From an uncultured archaeon (GTDB lineage: Archaea; Iainarchaeota; Iainarchaeia; Iainarchaeales; 1-14-0-10-31-34): a DNA stretch of 53,972 bases. The notes below the pieces were generated by a model. That model made no database searches and was not told where the DNA came from. It was given only the letters and a program-made list of their open reading frames with translations. Location: contig CAYTYC010000008.1 of assembly GCA_964442255.1 (NCBI GenBank), positions 1-53,972 on the forward strand. The letters are read 5' to 3'. The translations under genes and the position numbers were made by a program. Below are positions 37,065 to 47,150 of the stretch, piece by piece (the first letter of the stretch is position 1; every line of letters begins with the position of its first letter).

Positions 37065-38057
37065 GTGCTGGTCAGCGAACAAGACATACTTAACACGTAT
37101 TCAAAAAAAGAACAGCTCTCCTGCGAGAAATACGGGGAGTACAGGCTGTTGATTGAAGAGAATCCTTCTTTTGGCTATAAAAGATGTGCAAAACTTTTGG
37201 GAATTCCTCAGGGAAGAACAAGGTGGTGGCACACAAAAGGAAAGAAAAACGCGGTTCCATTGGCTTTGAAGGCGGCCAAAAAACTTGAGGGAGGAGATGT
37301 TCTCCCATTTTCTGCTGACCACAAACACTGCAAAACTGTTTTGAGACTTCTCGGAACATTGTTCGGCGATGGAGGAATTGACAGAAGGCTTAACACAATG
37401 GCTTTCATTTCCTCCATAAAGGAAGACATTGACTTATGGAAAAAAGACTTGCTTGAAGTGTTTCCCTTTATTTCAGGCAAAATGAATTTAACGGAGGGAG
37501 GCGAATACGGGCACTCGCATAACATCAGAACTTTTGATAGAAGCGTTATCCGGTTCTTTATTGCTTTGGGTGCGCCGGTTGGGGACAAAGTTGCTTCAAA
37601 CTATTCTTTACCGAAATATGTCTTTGATTTGCCCAGAAGCCACAAAATAGCTTTCTTGGATGGCTTGCTTTCTTCAGAAGTTTCAGTCCCGGTTTTTTGC
37701 GGAGACAAGCGCTGGACTTGGACAAAGCGTTTCACAAACTTTTCATTCGGATTAAGCAAAATAGATGCGTTTGAACAAGAACCCCGCGCATTTCTCAAGG
37801 CGTTTAAAAAACTCTGTGCCTCTGTTGGATTAACCTGCACGCCAAACCTCAGGAAAGAAACAGGCAAGATAACCCAACGAAAAGACGGGCACACTAGTTG
37901 TTGTTATCGGATATTCTTCCAAACGCATTTCCATAAAATATGTGAGTTTGATAAACGGTTTCCTTTAAGATACTCACACGACAAAAAGAGAAGACTCCAA
38001 AATGAGTTGAAGGGGGCGATAGAACACAAAGGCTTAAGAGAAAACATAACTATTTAA
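37065..38057 (+). CDS. Free-standing LAGLIDADG homing endonuclease of the Lon-intein type
   Basis: [13 protein letters not shown] and [13 protein letters not shown] motifs, [35 protein letters not shown] start after GAGGGG. Confidence 0.88.
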   Translation: MLVSEQDILNTYSKKEQLSCEKYGEYRLLIEENPSFGYKRCAKLLGIPQGRTRWWHTKGKKNAVPLALKAAKKLEGGDVLPFSADHKHCKTVLRLLGTLFGDGGIDRRLNTMAFISSIKEDIDLWKKDLLEVFPFISGKMNLTEGGEYGHSHNIRTFDRSVIRFFIALGAPVGDKVASNYSLPKYVFDLPRSHKIAFLDGLLSSEVSVPVFCGDKRWTWTKRFTNFSFGLSKIDAFEQEPRAFLKAFKKLCASVGLTCTPNLRKETGKITQRKDGHTSCCYRIFFQTHFHKICEFDKRFPLRYSHDKKRRLQNELKGAIEHKGLRENITI

Positions 38058-38080
38058 TCTTTTATTTAAATCATTTGAGT
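38051..38080 (+). promoter_or_regulatory. Putative promoter of the C-intein-LonC gene
   Basis: TATTTAAT (38051-38058) and TTTATTTAAA upstream of ATG 38081, similar spacing to other apparently leaderless genes here. Confidence 0.45.
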
Positions 38081-39502
38081 ATGAAGAGAAAAACTGAAAA
38101 CACCGCGGTTTCAGGCAAAACATCCAGGGAATTCAAGGGCTACGTATACAATGTAACCACGGAAACAGGCAACATTTTTGTTGAAGACGTCTTGGTTCAC
38201 AATTCAGGCGGCCTCGGCACCCCGGCGCACCTCCGTGTTGAGCCGGGAATGGTTCACCGCACAAACGGGGGGGTATTGTTTTTGGATGAAATTTCTTCCC
38301 TCACACAAAAATCCCAGCAGGAACTCTTGACTGCGATGCAGGAAAAAAAGTATTCCATCACGGGCCAAAGCGAGCTGAGCTCCGGGGCCATGACCCGCAC
38401 AGACCCGGTGCCCTGTGACTTTGTTTTGGTTGCCGCGGGAAACTACGAGGACCTGCAAAAAGTGCACCCCGCCTTGAGGAGCAGAATCCGCGGTTACGGC
38501 TACGAGGTTTACATGAACGTTGACATGCCTGACACCCCTGAAAACAGGGAAAAAATCGTGCAATTCGTTGCGCAGGAAGTCACAAAAGACAAAAAAATTC
38601 CGCACTTTTCAAAGGAAGCGGTTGAGGAAATAATTTTTGAGGCAAGGAGAAGGGCCGGCAGGAAAAACCGCCTCACACTGAAACTCCGTGACCTGGGCGG
38701 ACTGGTGCGGGCAGCCGGGGACATCGCAAAGGAAAAAGGCCACCGGCTTGTGCAGGAAGAGGACGTGTTTGAGGCCAAAATGTCCGCCCGCACCCTGGAA
38801 CAGCAGATGCTTGGAATAATTATTGACGAAAAAAAGGATTACGAGGTTTACGTAAACAAGGGCGCAATAATCGGAAGGGTAAATGGCCTGGCTGTTTCCG
38901 GGGACGGGGACGCGGGAATGGTTCTGCCGATTGAAGCCGAGGTTGCGCCGGCTCAAAGCGCCTCCGAAGGAAAGCTTATTGCAACAGGAAAACTCGGGAA
39001 AATCGCGAAGGAAGCCGTGCAAAACGTTTCCGCGCTCCTTAAAAAGCTGAGCGGAAAAGACGTTTCAAGATACGACATGCACATCCAGTTCCTTCAAACC
39101 TACCACGGCGTGGAAGGCGATTCGGCTTCAATTTCCGTTGCAGCCGCGGTGATATCTGCAATGGAAAAAATTCCTGTCAAACAGTCGCTTGCAATGACCG
39201 GCAGTTTAAGCGTAAGGGGAAAGGTCCTTCCCGTGGGCGGGGTCACCGCAAAGGTTGCGGCGGCAATAAAAGCCGGCTTTAAGGAAGTGATTGTCCCGAA
39301 GGCAAACCTCCAGGACATCATTCTTCCGCCTAAGGAACTCAAAAAAATCAACGTGATTCCTGTCGGCACGCTCACAGAGGTTTTGGAGAACGCGTTTGAA
39401 AAAACTCCGGGCAGGAGCCGGCTATTGAAAAACCTTGGAAAGCTCCTTGGATTGGAGCTTCCTTCAGTGCTGAAGAAAAAGGTTTTGAAGTCGGTTAACT
39501 GA
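38081..39502 (+). CDS. lonB: 41-aa C-intein fused to the LonB C-terminal half (Walker B and protease domain)
   Basis: Blocks [23 protein letters not shown] (Ser+1 at 38204), [23 protein letters not shown] (catalytic Ser), PVGGVTAK (catalytic Lys). Confidence 0.95.
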   Translation: MKRKTENTAVSGKTSREFKGYVYNVTTETGNIFVEDVLVHNSGGLGTPAHLRVEPGMVHRTNGGVLFLDEISSLTQKSQQELLTAMQEKKYSITGQSELSSGAMTRTDPVPCDFVLVAAGNYEDLQKVHPALRSRIRGYGYEVYMNVDMPDTPENREKIVQFVAQEVTKDKKIPHFSKEAVEEIIFEARRRAGRKNRLTLKLRDLGGLVRAAGDIAKEKGHRLVQEEDVFEAKMSARTLEQQMLGIIIDEKKDYEVYVNKGAIIGRVNGLAVSGDGDAGMVLPIEAEVAPAQSASEGKLIATGKLGKIAKEAVQNVSALLKKLSGKDVSRYDMHIQFLQTYHGVEGDSASISVAAAVISAMEKIPVKQSLAMTGSLSVRGKVLPVGGVTAKVAAAIKAGFKEVIVPKANLQDIILPPKELKKINVIPVGTLTEVLENAFEKTPGRSRLLKNLGKLLGLELPSVLKKKVLKSVN

Positions 39503-39563
39503 TTTTTTTTTCCTGAGCCTGTTCAGCGTTCATTCAAACAAAGCCATTTTGAATCAAAACAGT

Positions 39564-40805
39564 TCAAGTAAGCAGGACCCTGCCTTTCCTTAGCCTGAAA
39601 TTTTTTCTTGCAAGCCTCACGGTTTCCTTGGTTTTGTTGTCCCTGTATTCAATGGATTTGCCGGCCTTGCTTATGTTTTCCACTTTCCCCATCCAGGCGC
39701 CTTCCGCCGAGTAAACAGGCAAACCAACCAGGAGCCTGGTGATGCGCTTTCTCACGTCAAATACGCCGCTTATCCTGTAAGCCGCGAGCAGCACAATGAA
39801 GCTGAACAGCATGCTGAGCAAAAAGAAATTCAAGTCATACTGCCTTGTAATCACCTGTGTTCCGGAATCCAAAATAAACCAGACCAGCAGCACGCTTACC
39901 GCACTCAAAAAATATTTTCTCAAATGGAACGCCTTTTTCAGGTGCACCGCGTCAATGCTTCTCCCGATTATGAAGCTCAATGCGGTCAGCACAAAGAAAA
40001 GGAATGTCGCCTGCGCGGCCTGAACCGACCTGATCAAAAGGTCGGGCTCCATTGTTGAAACGAATTTGCTGTAGCCGGAAATCAGCCCGAAAACCAGGAT
40101 GAAAAGGCTTCCCAAATAAAACGGAAAGCTCAGCCTTTGAATGGAAATTGTGGAAGAAAGTTCCCTGAAGAGGCCCAAAAACTTTTCCTCTATCCCGAAG
40201 CCTTTAAGCAAAAGGTATGCACCGAACACAAGGGAAATGAGCTGAAAGCTCCAGGTTCCCAGCGCAAAGAACAGCAAAAGAAGTATTCCCGGAACCCCGA
40301 AAACAATCCTTGAAACAAAGGGGTCCTTTAAGGCCTCCTTGATTGTGTAATAAGTGGACTCAACCTCTTTCGCCTGCTTTACATAGATTACCTCTTTTGA
40401 AATAACCGGTTTCCTTGACTGCAGTACGGGAATTATTTGGTCGTCTTCTGCCCCGTCGCTCACCAAAACAAAGGCGTCGGCGGGAAATTTTTCCAGCACG
40501 TCATCCAATTGGCGGTTCACTTCATTGTCCGAACGGAAACCGTCTTTTCCGTATCCGGTAAGGGTGGCGACCTCCACCTGCGTGTAAATTTTGCTGATTT
40601 GGTCGAATTTTTTTACAGCGCCAAAAATCGCGTTCGCGTCGCTTTCCCCGGGGTCTGCCACGGCAAGCTTTGCTGCAGCGTTCAGGTTACTGTTTCTTCC
40701 CAACACGGGGCCCTTTGTCCCCGCTTTTCTCCCCAAATCGTTGTCCCTGTCAACGCAGACCACCAAAATGCTTTTTGTGGTGATTTTCTGCTTCTTTTCC
40801 GCCAT
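39564..40805 (-). CDS. DUF373 family membrane protein
   Basis: LVVCVDRDNDLG, DPGESDAN, VSDGAEDD, KQAKEVESTYY. Confidence 0.9.
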   Translation of the reverse strand: MAEKKQKITTKSILVVCVDRDNDLGRKAGTKGPVLGRNSNLNAAAKLAVADPGESDANAIFGAVKKFDQISKIYTQVEVATLTGYGKDGFRSDNEVNRQLDDVLEKFPADAFVLVSDGAEDDQIIPVLQSRKPVISKEVIYVKQAKEVESTYYTIKEALKDPFVSRIVFGVPGILLLLFFALGTWSFQLISLVFGAYLLLKGFGIEEKFLGLFRELSSTISIQRLSFPFYLGSLFILVFGLISGYSKFVSTMEPDLLIRSVQAAQATFLFFVLTALSFIIGRSIDAVHLKKAFHLRKYFLSAVSVLLVWFILDSGTQVITRQYDLNFFLLSMLFSFIVLLAAYRISGVFDVRKRITRLLVGLPVYSAEGAWMGKVENISKAGKSIEYRDNKTKETVRLARKNFRLRKGRVLLT

Positions 40806-40892
40806 AAAAAACCCTACCTATATTTAAAGAAGATAATATTTAATACTTAGCCTGGATTAATTTTTAGGGGTGCCTGCTTGATTTCAAGCCAG

Positions 40893-41837
40893 ATGAAGAC
40901 GGTGGTGTTCATTGCCTTGGTTGTTTTAGTGGCAGCCCTTTTTTTCACTGTCTTAATTAATGCCTCAATTTTCGTGCAAAACTTTCTTTCCATTCTGGTG
41001 ATAGCGGTTTTCCTGTTCATTATCTGGCGCTTTGACTTCATTGTCTTCCTTAAGGACTATGAAAGGGCAGTGATTTTTCGTTTCGGGAAAGTGAAGCGCG
41101 TTGGGGGCCCGGGGTGGGCCTTTCTTGTGCCATTGATTGAATCTTATTCTTTGGTTGATTTGCGGACGCAGACAATTGACATCCCCACCCAGGACGTGAT
41201 TACCGCGGATGGAATTGAAATAAGGGTTGACGCAGTGCTTTACTTGAGCGTTGACCGCGCCCCGCAAAGCGTGGTGAATTCCGTGATTGAAATCCGGGAC
41301 TACAGGAAGGCGTCCATTTTGTTCGTGGTTTCCTCCATGAGGGACATAGTGGGGGGAATAAACATGTTTGACGTGATAGGCAAAATAGAGGAAATAAACG
41401 AGAAACTCAAGAAAGGCCTGGAAAAGATTTCCAAGGACTGGGGAATCCATGTGGAAGCGGTTGAATTGAAGGACGTGGACATTCCGGAAACCGTGTTGAG
41501 TGCAATGCACGGACAAAAAGCCGCGGTGCAGGAAAAGCTTGCCCGATTTGAAGGAGCGGATGCCCACAAACGGGAAATCCTTGCAGTGAAGGAGGCGGCA
41601 AGGGAACTGGATGAAAGGGCTTTAAGCTATTATTATGTGAGGGCGCTTGAAAAAATGGCTGACGGAAAGGCAACCAAAATAATTTTTCCGGTTGAAGTCA
41701 GCCGCTTGGCGGAGGCAATCGGCGGAAAGCTTCACTCCGGCCTGGAAAAAAAGGGCTTTGACTTAAGCAAGGTGCAGGGCTACGATGAAGCCATAAAGGC
41801 CTTCCTCAAGGCGCAGGCAAAAAAGAAGAAAAAATAA
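40893..41837 (+). CDS. SPFH/band 7 (stomatin-like) protein
   Basis: YERAVIFRFGK, VDLRTQTIDIPTQDVIT, WGIHVEAVELKDV; start may be 40878 or 40893. Confidence 0.92.
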   Translation: MKTVVFIALVVLVAALFFTVLINASIFVQNFLSILVIAVFLFIIWRFDFIVFLKDYERAVIFRFGKVKRVGGPGWAFLVPLIESYSLVDLRTQTIDIPTQDVITADGIEIRVDAVLYLSVDRAPQSVVNSVIEIRDYRKASILFVVSSMRDIVGGINMFDVIGKIEEINEKLKKGLEKISKDWGIHVEAVELKDVDIPETVLSAMHGQKAAVQEKLARFEGADAHKREILAVKEAARELDERALSYYYVRALEKMADGKATKIIFPVEVSRLAEAIGGKLHSGLEKKGFDLSKVQGYDEAIKAFLKAQAKKKKK

Positions 41838-41868
41838 CGCGGTTTTTTTTTTCAAAAAATTGTTTTTT

Positions 41869-42762
41869 TTACCCCATCGCAATAAGATAGGCCTCAATCC
41901 ATGCCGCGGCAAACAATAACCCGACCGCGACCGCAATCATCATTCCCGCGTCAGCGAAAACCGTTTGCAGCTCGCGCTTTTTCCGCATTCTCTTGCTTAC
42001 CGCCACGCTTATTATTCCCCCGGCGATTGCGCCAATAAAATAAGCCATTATTTCCGGCAAACCGTGGGGAAGAAAGCCCAAAGCATTGTAGAGCCCGTGC
42101 CCGTATGCAACCGCAAAGCCGGTCGGGCCAAGGAAAGCGTATCCGCCGATTTTTTCCATGACATCCCTTCCGATTACGGTTGCAAGCACAGAGGCATTCC
42201 AGCTCAGCAAAAACACTGCCCCGGCGCCCCAAACAAATGAAAACACCACAGCCAAAAACAACACGAAAGCGTTGTTGAAGAAAATGAGCTCAAACCAGCA
42301 GAAAGCGTTTTCCCCGCAGCCGGAAGCAAGGCCTGTTGCCGCGCCCGAGGAAGGCAGCTCCATTTCTTCCCTTAAACCATGAATCCTGTCAACAGTCCTG
42401 TTCTGCTCCAAAAAAACTTTTGACTGCATTTCCGGGGGCATTACAGCATACCAGAAACTGTACGCGACAATCAGCCCGATGAAAAGGAAAGCGTAAACCT
42501 TTATCACATCCCAATGCCTCTGGAAAAAGGATGCGCTTGACTCAGGCGCAAAGCGGTCCTCCATTTCCTCTTCCACAATAATGCGGTGAATCAAAGGCAT
42601 GAAGGCGATTGTCAAAAAAGCCAGGCTTAAAACAGAGGCGCTGGAAGGAAAAGTGTAAAGCGCAATCCATATTCCCGCGGAAGCCAAAACAAAGCTTGCA
42701 GCAAGCAATACGATTGGATGCTTTTTCGCGAACCAGGAGGGGAGAATTTCGTCCAAAACCAT
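41869..42762 (-). CDS. SpoIIM/DUF95 family membrane protein
   Basis: IFFNNAFV, LSWNASV, LPHGLPEIMAYF, AAWIEAY. Confidence 0.85.
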   Translation of the reverse strand: MVLDEILPSWFAKKHPIVLLAASFVLASAGIWIALYTFPSSASVLSLAFLTIAFMPLIHRIIVEEEMEDRFAPESSASFFQRHWDVIKVYAFLFIGLIVAYSFWYAVMPPEMQSKVFLEQNRTVDRIHGLREEMELPSSGAATGLASGCGENAFCWFELIFFNNAFVLFLAVVFSFVWGAGAVFLLSWNASVLATVIGRDVMEKIGGYAFLGPTGFAVAYGHGLYNALGFLPHGLPEIMAYFIGAIAGGIISVAVSKRMRKKRELQTVFADAGMMIAVAVGLLFAAAWIEAYLIAMG

Positions 42763-42857
42763 GCCTTTTCCCTTTCCACTGTCACATTTATATATATTTC
42801 TTAATCCAACTAATATTTATCTGTTTTTAGGGCAGTTTAAAAAGGAAAGTGTTTTAA

Positions 42858-43424
42858 ATGTCAAAAAAGGTTGTCGTGGTTCCAGGCGAATTCCTCACCG
42901 TTGAAGAGGAGTTTTCCCCGGGAAAAAACACTTTGGAAGACGGGGAAGGAAACATTTACTCCTCTAAAGTGGGGGAAACCGAATTCAATGAAGACAGGCG
43001 GGAAGTTGAAGTAAGGGAAAAAACCCGCGAAATTTCAAGGCTAACCATTGGAAGCGTGCTTTACGGAAGGGTTAAGCTGGTGAAGGATTCAATGGTTTTG
43101 GTTGAGGCGCTGTTTGCGGAAAAAAACGGAAAAGAAGTGATTCCTCACATGCCTTCCGCGACCCTCATGGTTTCAAGGGTCAGCAGGGATTACGTGAAAA
43201 GCCTGCGCGATGAATTCAAGGCAGGCGACATAATAAAGGCAAAGGTCGTTGAAGTAACCACTTTTTCCATAGAGCTTTCAACCGCCTTCCCCGAGTACGG
43301 GGTTTTAAAGGCATTCTGCTCAAAATGCAGGAACCCCCTGAACCAGCACGGAAAAGAGCTGAAATGCCTTAAATGCGGATCAAACGAAAAAAGAAAAACT
43401 TCAGCCGACTATGTTTTAAAATAA
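42858..43424 (+). CDS. csl4: Exosome RNA-binding subunit Csl4
   Basis: VVPGEFL, S1 domain GDIIKAKV, Zn ribbon CSKC..CLKC..EKRK. Confidence 0.93.
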   Translation: MSKKVVVVPGEFLTVEEEFSPGKNTLEDGEGNIYSSKVGETEFNEDRREVEVREKTREISRLTIGSVLYGRVKLVKDSMVLVEALFAEKNGKEVIPHMPSATLMVSRVSRDYVKSLRDEFKAGDIIKAKVVEVTTFSIELSTAFPEYGVLKAFCSKCRNPLNQHGKELKCLKCGSNEKRKTSADYVLK

Positions 43425-43443
43425 AAAAAGGAAGTGAGTTTTA

Positions 43444-43719
43444 ATGGAAATGGAAGTATTGGAGAAAAGCGCAAACCACGCGGAATTCGTTTTAAAGGGG
43501 CAGAGGCACACTTTCCCAAACCTCCTTAAAAACGCCCTCCTGAAGGATTCATCCGTGGACTTTGTGTCCTACAGGCTCGAGCATCCCCTTGGAAAAGACG
43601 CAAGGTTTGCGGTGAAAACAAAGGGAAAAACCGCGAAAAAGGCTTTAACCGACGCAGGCAAACGCATTGACTCGGATTTGGACGAATTCAGGAAAGCCGT
43701 TTCAAAGGCACTCAAATAG
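43444..43719 (+). CDS. rpoL: RNA polymerase subunit L (Rpo11)
   Basis: HTFPNLL, VSYRLEHPL; follows csl4. Confidence 0.93.
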   Translation: MEMEVLEKSANHAEFVLKGQRHTFPNLLKNALLKDSSVDFVSYRLEHPLGKDARFAVKTKGKTAKKALTDAGKRIDSDLDEFRKAVSKALK

Positions 43720-43735
43720 TTTTCCGGGCGCTTAA

Positions 43736-44293
43736 ATGAAATTCAAGCCGTTAATGAGGATAGCCGCAATCGACGACGGCGTTTTCTTTCCCCGCAAATC
43801 AAAGAACTCGCTTTTGGCGGGGGTTGTAAGCAGGCTTGACAACCGGGTGGAGGGAATAATTTCCTGCACGGTGAAGGTTGACGGAACTGATGCGGGAAAA
43901 AAAATACTGGAAATGGTGAAAAAATCAAAATTTGACCGGCAAATAAAGGCCGTGCTTCTCCATGGAATAAATTTTGCGGGCTTCAACATTGTTGACGTTG
44001 AAAAATTAAGCGAAGGGCTTCAAAGGCCTGTGATAGTGTGCTTCAAAAAAAAACCGGACTTAAAAAAAATCAGAAAGGCTTTGCAAAAACTTCCGCAAAG
44101 CAAAAAACGCATTAAGCTGATTGAATCCGCGCCCAAAATAAGGAAATTCCGTTCCATGCGGTTCCAGTGCGCCGGCTGCCAAAAGGAAGAGGCAGGGAAA
44201 ATCATTAAGAAAACGTTGCTGTACTCTTCTTTGCCCGAGCCCTTAAGGCTTGCGCACCTCATTGCTTCAGGCGTAACATCCAAAGGGCGTTAA
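43736..44293 (+). CDS. DUF99 family protein
   Basis: AIDDG, VDGTDA, GINFAGFNIVD, LPEPLRLAHLIA. Confidence 0.92.
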   Translation: MKFKPLMRIAAIDDGVFFPRKSKNSLLAGVVSRLDNRVEGIISCTVKVDGTDAGKKILEMVKKSKFDRQIKAVLLHGINFAGFNIVDVEKLSEGLQRPVIVCFKKKPDLKKIRKALQKLPQSKKRIKLIESAPKIRKFRSMRFQCAGCQKEEAGKIIKKTLLYSSLPEPLRLAHLIASGVTSKGR

Positions 44294-44322
44294 CGGAGAA
44301 AAATAATGAGAAAGGCGGTTGA

Positions 44323-45096
44323 ATGGGCGTAAAGGAAAAATTTTTTTTTCTGAAATGGCTTGACCCCTTCACTTACGTGGAGATTGCGCTGAGAAAAGCC
44401 CACCCAAAACAGCCGGGGGCGGTGCACGAAGGAATTGACTGGGCAGTGTACATTGTTTCCGCGCTTTTTTTTGCGTTCCTGCTTTACTCTTTTCTCGGCT
44501 TCCTGCTTGGAACCTCTTATCCGATGGTAATCGTTTTAAGCGGCTCAATGGAACCGGTTTACTACCGCGGGGACGTGATTGTATTGCAGGGAACGGAAGG
44601 AAAAGACATTTCCGCGCCCTTAGTTGAATTGAATGCGCCCACTTTAAAGGGAGTGGAATTCGATGAAATCGGCTCAACAGTCTGCGCCCATGATTCACTG
44701 AAAGAAGCGATGCCGTGCTCGTTTTTTTACCGTTCCCCTGACGCCCCGAATTTGAATCCGGCAAAATTCAGGGCAACCAAAATAAATTTCCGCGGAACAG
44801 GCCAGTCGGTTAACGTGACAACCAAAGGCGACATAATCGTTTTTTATTCGCCCACCGGGCAAAAGGACATAATCCACCGGGCTGTCGCAAAAATCAAGGC
44901 AGGCGACGGATACTATTTCCTCACCAAAGGCGATTCAGTGAGAAACCCGCTGATTGACCAGGACGAATTGGTGAAAATAAGCTCTTACCCGGTAAAGGAA
45001 TCCGAAATAAAGGGAAAAGCGCTTTTCAGGGTTCCCTTCATTGGCTGGATTAAGCTCCTGATTTTTGACGAGCTTCCTTCCCTTTTTCGGGGCTGA
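44323..45096 (+). CDS. Signal peptidase I (S26B/Sec11-like)
   Basis: VLSGSMEP, GDIIVF, IIHR, TKGD, VPFIGW. Confidence 0.9.
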   Translation: MGVKEKFFFLKWLDPFTYVEIALRKAHPKQPGAVHEGIDWAVYIVSALFFAFLLYSFLGFLLGTSYPMVIVLSGSMEPVYYRGDVIVLQGTEGKDISAPLVELNAPTLKGVEFDEIGSTVCAHDSLKEAMPCSFFYRSPDAPNLNPAKFRATKINFRGTGQSVNVTTKGDIIVFYSPTGQKDIIHRAVAKIKAGDGYYFLTKGDSVRNPLIDQDELVKISSYPVKESEIKGKALFRVPFIGWIKLLIFDELPSLFRG

Positions 45097-45140
45097 GTTC
45101 TCTCGGTTTTTTAAGTTTTGCGTAAAACCAATTAATTAGC

Positions 45141-45890
45141 ATGCCCAAAATAACGGTTGAAAACGCGGTTGAATTCAAGAAGGCAGTGGAGGCAATCTCT
45201 GTTTTGGTGGATGAAGCCGATTTTCTGGTTTCAGGGGAAGGCCTTTCGCTTAAGGCAACGGACCCCAGCCAGATTTCCCTGGTTTCCTTTCACATGCCAA
45301 AAGAGGCCTTCAAAGAATTTTCAATTGAAAGCGGCCAAAAGCTTGGACTGGACCTGGATTACTTGAGCCAGGTGATGGGCAGGGCAAAGGCGCAGGACTC
45401 TCTTGAAATGAGTTTCCAGCCCAGGGACTCAAAAATTGTTTTAACCCTTAAAGGCGGCAGCTCACGAAAGTTTTCAATTCCATTAATCGACGTTTCCTCT
45501 TCAGAGGTTCCGAACCCGAATCTGGAGTTTGACGCAGAGCTGAAACTGCAGGCTGAAGTTTTGCAGGACGCTTTGAAGGACGCAAAGCTTGTAAGCAGCC
45601 ACGTGATGCTTGGAGTTGAAGCCAAGCACTTCTTCATCAAGGCTTCTTCCTCCAAAGGCGAAACCCACAACATAACTGAGGAAGGAAAAAAGAGCCTGCT
45701 GGAATTCAACGCAAAAAGTTCCTGCCATTCAATGTTTCCCCTGGACTACCTTTCCGACATGATTAAGGGCGCTTCCCCGGACACGGAAGTTGAGTTAAGG
45801 CTTAAATCGGATGCCCCCCTGGAGTTAAGCTATTCCATCGGAAAAGCCTCTTTAAGCTATTTCCTTGCCCCGAGAATTGAAACCGAGTAA
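45141..45890 (+). CDS. pcn: DNA polymerase sliding clamp PCNA (paralogue 1)
   Basis: LKATDPSQISLV, GLDLDYL, FSIPLID, YFLAPRIE. Confidence 0.95.
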   Translation: MPKITVENAVEFKKAVEAISVLVDEADFLVSGEGLSLKATDPSQISLVSFHMPKEAFKEFSIESGQKLGLDLDYLSQVMGRAKAQDSLEMSFQPRDSKIVLTLKGGSSRKFSIPLIDVSSSEVPNPNLEFDAELKLQAEVLQDALKDAKLVSSHVMLGVEAKHFFIKASSSKGETHNITEEGKKSLLEFNAKSSCHSMFPLDYLSDMIKGASPDTEVELRLKSDAPLELSYSIGKASLSYFLAPRIETE

Positions 45891-45914
45891 ACGAGTAAAA
45901 GGAGCTGAATTAAA

Positions 45915-46430
45915 ATGGCTACCGCAAGGGCTTCGGGAGAACTGCACAAGGGAAAAAGATTTGCGGTTTATGTGAAGGGCGGCAGGGAAAAAGGCTTTCC
46001 AACAGAGGGACGCGGCAGGCCTGTTGACCCGAATGTGATGATTGCAAACCTCATGATGCAGAGGGAATGGCTTTCCTGGGCTATAGGCGGCAGAAAAGGC
46101 AAATCGCCTCTTCCGCAAAGGAAAGAGGTGGTTAACCCGGAGGACCAGTTTACAAGGCACGGGGAGCCGGAAGGCCAGTGGCCGAGGGGAAGGCTGGTTT
46201 TGGGGCACTTTAACAGCCCGCTTAAAAAAACCCGTGTTTTCGAATACGTTCCGGTCCTTGGTTTTTTGGTTGACCACTCGGAAGCGCCCATATACACAAA
46301 ATGGGGCAAAGAAAGGAACTGGAGCGTAAGGGGAATTGAAGAAATGAAGAGAAAGCGGAAACGAGTCGGGGAAGACCTGGAAAAGTGGATTAACTACCGC
46401 AACCGGAAGCTGGATGAACAGGTGCATTAA
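45915..46430 (+). CDS. Hypothetical protein
   Basis: 171-aa ORF with AGGAG SD, inside an operon. Confidence 0.65.
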   Translation: MATARASGELHKGKRFAVYVKGGREKGFPTEGRGRPVDPNVMIANLMMQREWLSWAIGGRKGKSPLPQRKEVVNPEDQFTRHGEPEGQWPRGRLVLGHFNSPLKKTRVFEYVPVLGFLVDHSEAPIYTKWGKERNWSVRGIEEMKRKRKRVGEDLEKWINYRNRKLDEQVH

Positions 46431-46442
46431 AGGGCGGGTTTT

Positions 46443-47090
46443 ATGTCAGGAAAGGATTTAAGGGAAAGCGGAAAAGAAAAGAAAACAACATTCAATAAGA
46501 AATGGATTGCGGTAACCGTGGCGGCAATTGTTTTGGCTGCCGCGGCAATTCTTTTTTTTCAGCCGGAAAAAATCGGCAACGAAAGGCTTGCCGGAAACTC
46601 GCCTTTTTTGGGTGAAGCCGGTGCGCCGGTTGTGGTGGTGGAGTTTTCGGATTTTTTGTGCGGGCACTGCCGGGATTTCCATGAAAACACTTTTCCCTTA
46701 ATCCGGAAAGAATTCATTGATTCAGGGAAAGTGAAGCATGTGTTCAGGTCTTTTCCCCTGCAGACAACGAAAGGGTTTGAGGCGGCAAAATGCGCCGAAG
46801 AACAGGGAAAATTCTTTGAAATGTTTTCCATTTTGTTTGAACGCGCCCCCTTAATTCACCCGGACTTCATAAAAGACTACGCGTTGGAGCTGGGGCTTAA
46901 TGAAGAAAAATTCAGTTCCTGCATTGATTCAGGGAAATACGCGCAGGCAGCCTTAAAGGACCGGGAGGAAGGGGAAGCATTCGGCGTTCAGGGAACCCCC
47001 ACTTTTTTCGTTAACGGAACCAGGGTCGTGGGCGCAAGGGATTTCCCGTACTTCAAAAACCTGATTGATTCAGAGCTTGCAAAGGCCTGA
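46443..47090 (+). CDS. DsbA/BdbD-like thioredoxin-fold protein
   Basis: TM anchor, EFSDFLCGHC, GVQGTPTFFVNG. Confidence 0.92.
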   Translation: MSGKDLRESGKEKKTTFNKKWIAVTVAAIVLAAAAILFFQPEKIGNERLAGNSPFLGEAGAPVVVVEFSDFLCGHCRDFHENTFPLIRKEFIDSGKVKHVFRSFPLQTTKGFEAAKCAEEQGKFFEMFSILFERAPLIHPDFIKDYALELGLNEEKFSSCIDSGKYAQAALKDREEGEAFGVQGTPTFFVNGTRVVGARDFPYFKNLIDSELAKA

Positions 47091-47150
47091 ATTTAACCAA
47101 ATACATGCATTTAAATTCTTTTCCGTGAAGGAGTTAATTTAAGGAGGTTT

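Noticed and set aside
36824..37093. 89-aa Cys-rich ORF between LonN and the endonuclease
   Set aside because: Overlaps several inverted repeats and the endonuclease start, with no recognisable zinc-finger spacing beyond one CxxC; not excluded but unsupported.
36272..38203. Strong acidic/basic charge complementarity between IntN and IntC
   Set aside because: Hand counts are near neutral (IntN about 22 acidic/20 basic; IntC 5 acidic/6 basic), so this is not offered as support for the split intein.
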